From positions 1 through 30,054 of the IMG/VR virus record IMGVR_UViG_3300042997_000065: DNA of 30,054 bases. One strand, 5' to 3'. Below, piece by piece: positions 27,401 to 30,054 of this stretch. Under the pieces are notes generated by a model, which was not told the DNA's origin, did not search any database, and saw only the letters and a list, made by a program, of their open reading frames with translations. Both the position numbers and the translations under genes were made by a program. How positions within the stretch are numbered: position 1 is the stretch's first letter; every line of letters starts with the position of its first letter. This DNA comes from a virus (taxonomy: Duplodnaviria > Caudoviricetes).

Positions 27401-30054
27401 TTCTGTGGTTAATCCAATAGGCGTTACCAGTGATATAATGACGCCATATCTAAGCGTATATGAAACAACTCCGGTTGTATCCGCTTTGCAATTATTTTAC
27501 GAAACCACTTCTACTGGACTTATATCAGATCTAAACTACGATGTTTTAGTTGGTTACGATGGGCCTGTAGAATTTAGTAATATTAATTTTGTATTTAATG
27601 AAGATCAAGATAAAGATGGGTCCGGTTCAAGCGAAGGAGAACCGGATTCAAAATGGATAACTAATACTTTTACTCTTTTAAACAACACCGGAGTTCCTAT
27701 ATCTTTTATAGGCGATCCAATATTAGTATCTGTTTTTGATAATTTTGGTACAGATGTAACATCTTCTTTTGGAGTTAGCTTAGAAACACCATTTGATCCA
27801 AACACAATAAGGATATTTATTAATAATTCATTTGCTTTTATACACACATCAAATATTTTTGGAAACTTTACATTCCAAATAAAAACAGAATGGAGTCCCG
27901 GTCAATTCATAACATTACCAGTTTATGGGCGCTTAAGAAATATCGCTCCTTATTTTACACAAGCTGCTGAGGATTATAATATTGAAATATCTGTAGATGA
28001 TCCATTTAATAATAGTCAAGGTATAGAATATATAACCGCAAGCAATGGTTCTTTTAATACCGGTCAGCAAAGTCAAATAAACTTGTATTGGAGTATAATA
28101 GAAGGTAATTCAAACAATTATTTTAAAATAAACAGTTCAAGCGGGCTATTATCTTTAATTAATCCAGATATACCTATTGGTATATATGCGTTAAAAGTTA
28201 TGATACAAGATGCTTATAGTTCTGGTCCTTTAGTAGGTGATCCCGATTATTTTGGGACGTTGTCAAGGGAAATTGAATTTAATATCACTATAACACCTCC
28301 TCCGGTTCCTACTAGTTTATTATATGAAACAGATGAGTTTGTTTGGAATCATGATACTGCGTGTAGCGGTTCTAATGTAATTGGTCAAGGTTATGCGGCC
28401 TTTTATATAGGAGAATTAGATTTAAGTCTTAATGTTGTTAATAGAAATGATGGATTACCAAATATTATGGCTACCAGTCCAGCTGCCACGTCAAGAGCAT
28501 TTCAATCATACGTGAATGTAGGTCAAGCAAATGGATTAATATTTGGATCATCAAATCCTCCAATAGGATTGACTAGAGGTACTTTAGAGTGGGTCATATC
28601 AAATGTTGGTAGAAACTTATATCCAAATGTTGGAGCAATTGATACTGTTCAAAAGAAAAGTGCATATTTGAACACACAAAGGCAGGGTGACTTAGAATAT
28701 ATATTATACTATAGAGCAAATAGTTCTAATGCATGGTACCCAACTAGAGACGATAATGGTTTTCCAACGACTATACCAACAACTCCTGTATGGAGATCTG
28801 TAGTAGATTTAGAAATGTCTTTGTATCATTTTACTTGGACAAAGTTAAAAACAGCTGTAGCAGCAGGTAGTACGTCGTTAACATTGATAGTACCTAGTTT
28901 TCAACCATTGCCAAAAGCTAATGATTATATTCAAATAGGTACTACGTATTACGAAATAAACGCAGTCTATGGGAATGTAAATGAAATAACAATAATATTA
29001 GAAACTGGCGTTTTAAGCACCGTGGCCGCTGGCACAGATCTTAAAGTTATTAGAATTCCGGAAAATAGTCCAGGCGAGGTTTTAAAACAAACTTCTTTTA
29101 CAACATCTAATCCAGGTGAGTATTGCCTTGTTTTAAAGTACACTTATAAAAGAGAAGTTGCGAATTATACGTTTTCAAGAAACACAGATGGCATTGGAGT
29201 CAGCGATATAGTTGACCTCAGTCCGGGTGTCGCTGTAATGGTTGGTGATGTTGCTACATGGACTACAAATTCTCCTCTTGCTAGCTATTCAAGGATAGTT
29301 CAAAGTGTTACAAATATTTCAACTGGTCAACGTATAAATATGAGTGGAGCAAATGTTGTAATACCAGATGGTACAACATTGATATTTACTAGAACAAACC
29401 CTAAAAATTTGTATTGTACCACTATCGACATGTTTGGTAAAGTTCAGACCAGAGACGTAAATAATAACCCTGACGGTATAAAATATGATGTTGCTATAAA
29501 TTCTATTTCAGACTATCCATATAGTACATCTCCTGACTTTAAAGAAAGTGTTGCACTTGGGTTTGATTATTTAGCAGACGCTTCTTTAGTTGCTCAACCA
29601 GCTATATCAAATGAGGTGGAATTGACAAGTATAGAAATGCCTAAGTATATAGATCAAATGGTAGGTAAAATAACTCCAGGATTATATATATTTACTTCTG
29701 GATATACTAACTGGGTTGGTGACCCATATTTTAATGCGGATACGCAGATTACAGCAGTTAATGAGACTACTAAAAAACTGACATTAAGTTCTTTGATTAA
29801 AACACCAATTCCAGCAGATACTAAAATAGTTTTGGCTATTAGACCTGATTCTAGTTTAGGTTCTACTGGATCATTATGGACAACTTCAAACAATGGATTA
29901 GCAATAACACAATTTTATTCAGACGAAGACAGATTGATACCTTGGCAACCAGCTTTTAGTGATAGATTTTGTATTTATAGAAATGCGGATAGAGACTATA
30001 GCGAGGTAATAACGGACGGGCCGATAACATGGAGTTATGCGCCTCCAGTCGGTA
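24429..30054 (+). CDS. large tail stabilisation/nozzle protein (P22 gp10 / crAss muzzle-like), 3' truncated by the window
   Basis: Starts MAEVKNSFLQSKMNKDLDDRLIPNGQYRDALN and contains LLFWTDNRNQPRKIN and RFSYRFKFDDNEYS. The frame is open in spot checks and at the window end. It is presumably missing from the ORF track because it has no stop in the window. Confidence 0.85.
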   Translation, partial: MAEVKNSFLQSKMNKDLDDRLIPNGQYRDALNISVGKSENDSIGVLQNVLGNAKLNQLSSLDQTLTCVGAFMDNQNNRIYQFLTNYTDLNPEDITLCDSIVPPAGGWIMKITVYDFNTSPQYKTLVSGTFLNFSTTNLILGVNLIEGLLFWTDNRNQPRKINISSATVNPLYYTTETQISVAKYAPVDPISLFKKASAKITDITGSIYSFEDEVGTITVGMTLISNPMLDTGYSIVTNVEEGTFELYTFDSNIAVGDTLTFLGSTMSNKSDDPDWPGDPSFLEDKYVRFSYRFKFDDNEYSLIAPFTQIAYIPKQKGYFINGNESSAYKSTVISWMENNVNNIELLIPLPDTGNNIRDSYKIISLDILYKESDALSIKVLDTIDYVAIRQSSPDTNVYNYPYQSQKPFKTLPDDQITRVYDNVPVRALGQEVVGNRVVYGNFYTMYSPPQSINYNTTILQKSSAFNNFIEYPNHTIKQNRNYQVGFILADKFGRQSSVILSTVDLQSTSVGGRVFGGSTLYAPYEDKNSMNIPSVKNWFGNAIVAVVNSTVNSARDIQAGTPGLYAEPTSAIGFIVLPDSTTITDNSYEFTIDSSARQVVPVIGNSLRGAYTDYVTVTDAEETGPDTYFINTNGRVNDLYLSNPANPVDTKFAYNINEIGWYSYKVVVKQQQQEYYNVYLPGMLDGYPSDQTYDSQVVYTGGVASTQNGINITDFPVGEVGKTGHIVLINDNINKVPRDLVEVGPDQKLYRSSVSLYGKVENSAILLSVIADEDYLITNPLETSIVYKLSDNGGIDGMIVSVVAGNGIQSDEANTPVDNPKRWYANTAVVSNELYSFNVTNSVLAEIGDTIIVLTVPHENIEVDDQVVYEIAGAKYYNSVSVGGTTDITLNDTLTVDIPADTVIKIIRPSHGKITFSPPNWVNNDGADVYLNYTISKGENIQYFPTRKADIVTAIATSADFNFLENNVNNIKGTAGLNFYQLQTSPSIGRVSVVNPIGVTSDIMTPYLSVYETTPVVSALQLFYETTSTGLISDLNYDVLVGYDGPVEFSNINFVFNEDQDKDGSGSSEGEPDSKWITNTFTLLNNTGVPISFIGDPILVSVFDNFGTDVTSSFGVSLETPFDPNTIRIFINNSFAFIHTSNIFGNFTFQIKTEWSPGQFITLPVYGRLRNIAPYFTQAAEDYNIEISVDDPFNNSQGIEYITASNGSFNTGQQSQINLYWSIIEGNSNNYFKINSSSGLLSLINPDIPIGIYALKVMIQDAYSSGPLVGDPDYFGTLSREIEFNITITPPPVPTSLLYETDEFVWNHDTACSGSNVIGQGYAAFYIGELDLSLNVVNRNDGLPNIMATSPAATSRAFQSYVNVGQANGLIFGSSNPPIGLTRGTLEWVISNVGRNLYPNVGAIDTVQKKSAYLNTQRQGDLEYILYYRANSSNAWYPTRDDNGFPTTIPTTPVWRSVVDLEMSLYHFTWTKLKTAVAAGSTSLTLIVPSFQPLPKANDYIQIGTTYYEINAVYGNVNEITIILETGVLSTVAAGTDLKVIRIPENSPGEVLKQTSFTTSNPGEYCLVLKYTYKREVANYTFSRNTDGIGVSDIVDLSPGVAVMVGDVATWTTNSPLASYSRIVQSVTNISTGQRINMSGANVVIPDGTTLIFTRTNPKNLYCTTIDMFGKVQTRDVNNNPDGIKYDVAINSISDYPYSTSPDFKESVALGFDYLADASLVAQPAISNEVELTSIEMPKYIDQMVGKITPGLYIFTSGYTNWVGDPYFNADTQITAVNETTKKLTLSSLIKTPIPADTKIVLAIRPDSSLGSTGSLWTTSNNGLAITQFYSDEDRLIPWQPAFSDRFCIYRNADRDYSEVITDGPITWSYAPPVG

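Noticed and set aside
25874-29893. Minus-strand ORFs in the last 5 kb and the apparent gene desert there
   Set aside because: The region is covered by one + strand ORF from 24429 that runs past the window end.
1574-30054. Stop-codon reassignment as in some crAss-like phages
   Set aside because: Genes are intact and tightly packed under the standard code, and TAA, TGA and TAG all appear as stops.

Overview
AT-rich tailed dsDNA phage segment, most likely a podovirus of Bacteroidota/Flavobacteriia. Supporting clues are A-rich starts without Shine-Dalgarno sites, a crAss-like TerL-portal-scaffold-capsid-ring-stabilisation gene order, and a phage-encoded GroEL/GroES as in Cellulophaga phi38:1-type phages; this assignment is inference. 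Bases 1-1570 form a divergent control region. It holds three small leftward genes, each preceded by a conserved 31-bp motif, two 54-bp imperfect palindromes in direct orientation, and three ~40-bp-spaced repeats. From 1574 everything runs on the + strand: small basic proteins, two fibre proteins, a lysis cassette with an M15 endolysin, GroEL-GroES, more small proteins including a HEXXH metallopeptidase and a tandem GroES-like protein, then terminase, portal, scaffold, major capsid, ring proteins and a >1870-aa tail protein that runs off the window. The most striking observations are (i) a 44-aa basic protein gene (MPFKSKAQ...) apparently overprinted in the +1 frame of the scaffold gene, (ii) a shared S/T/G-P-[LA]-K motif at module boundaries of many small basic proteins, next to a small metallopeptidase, suggesting a targeting/processing system, and (iii) the paired 54-bp palindromes bracketing the leftward gene cassette. 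Family names are recalled from motifs, not from database searches.
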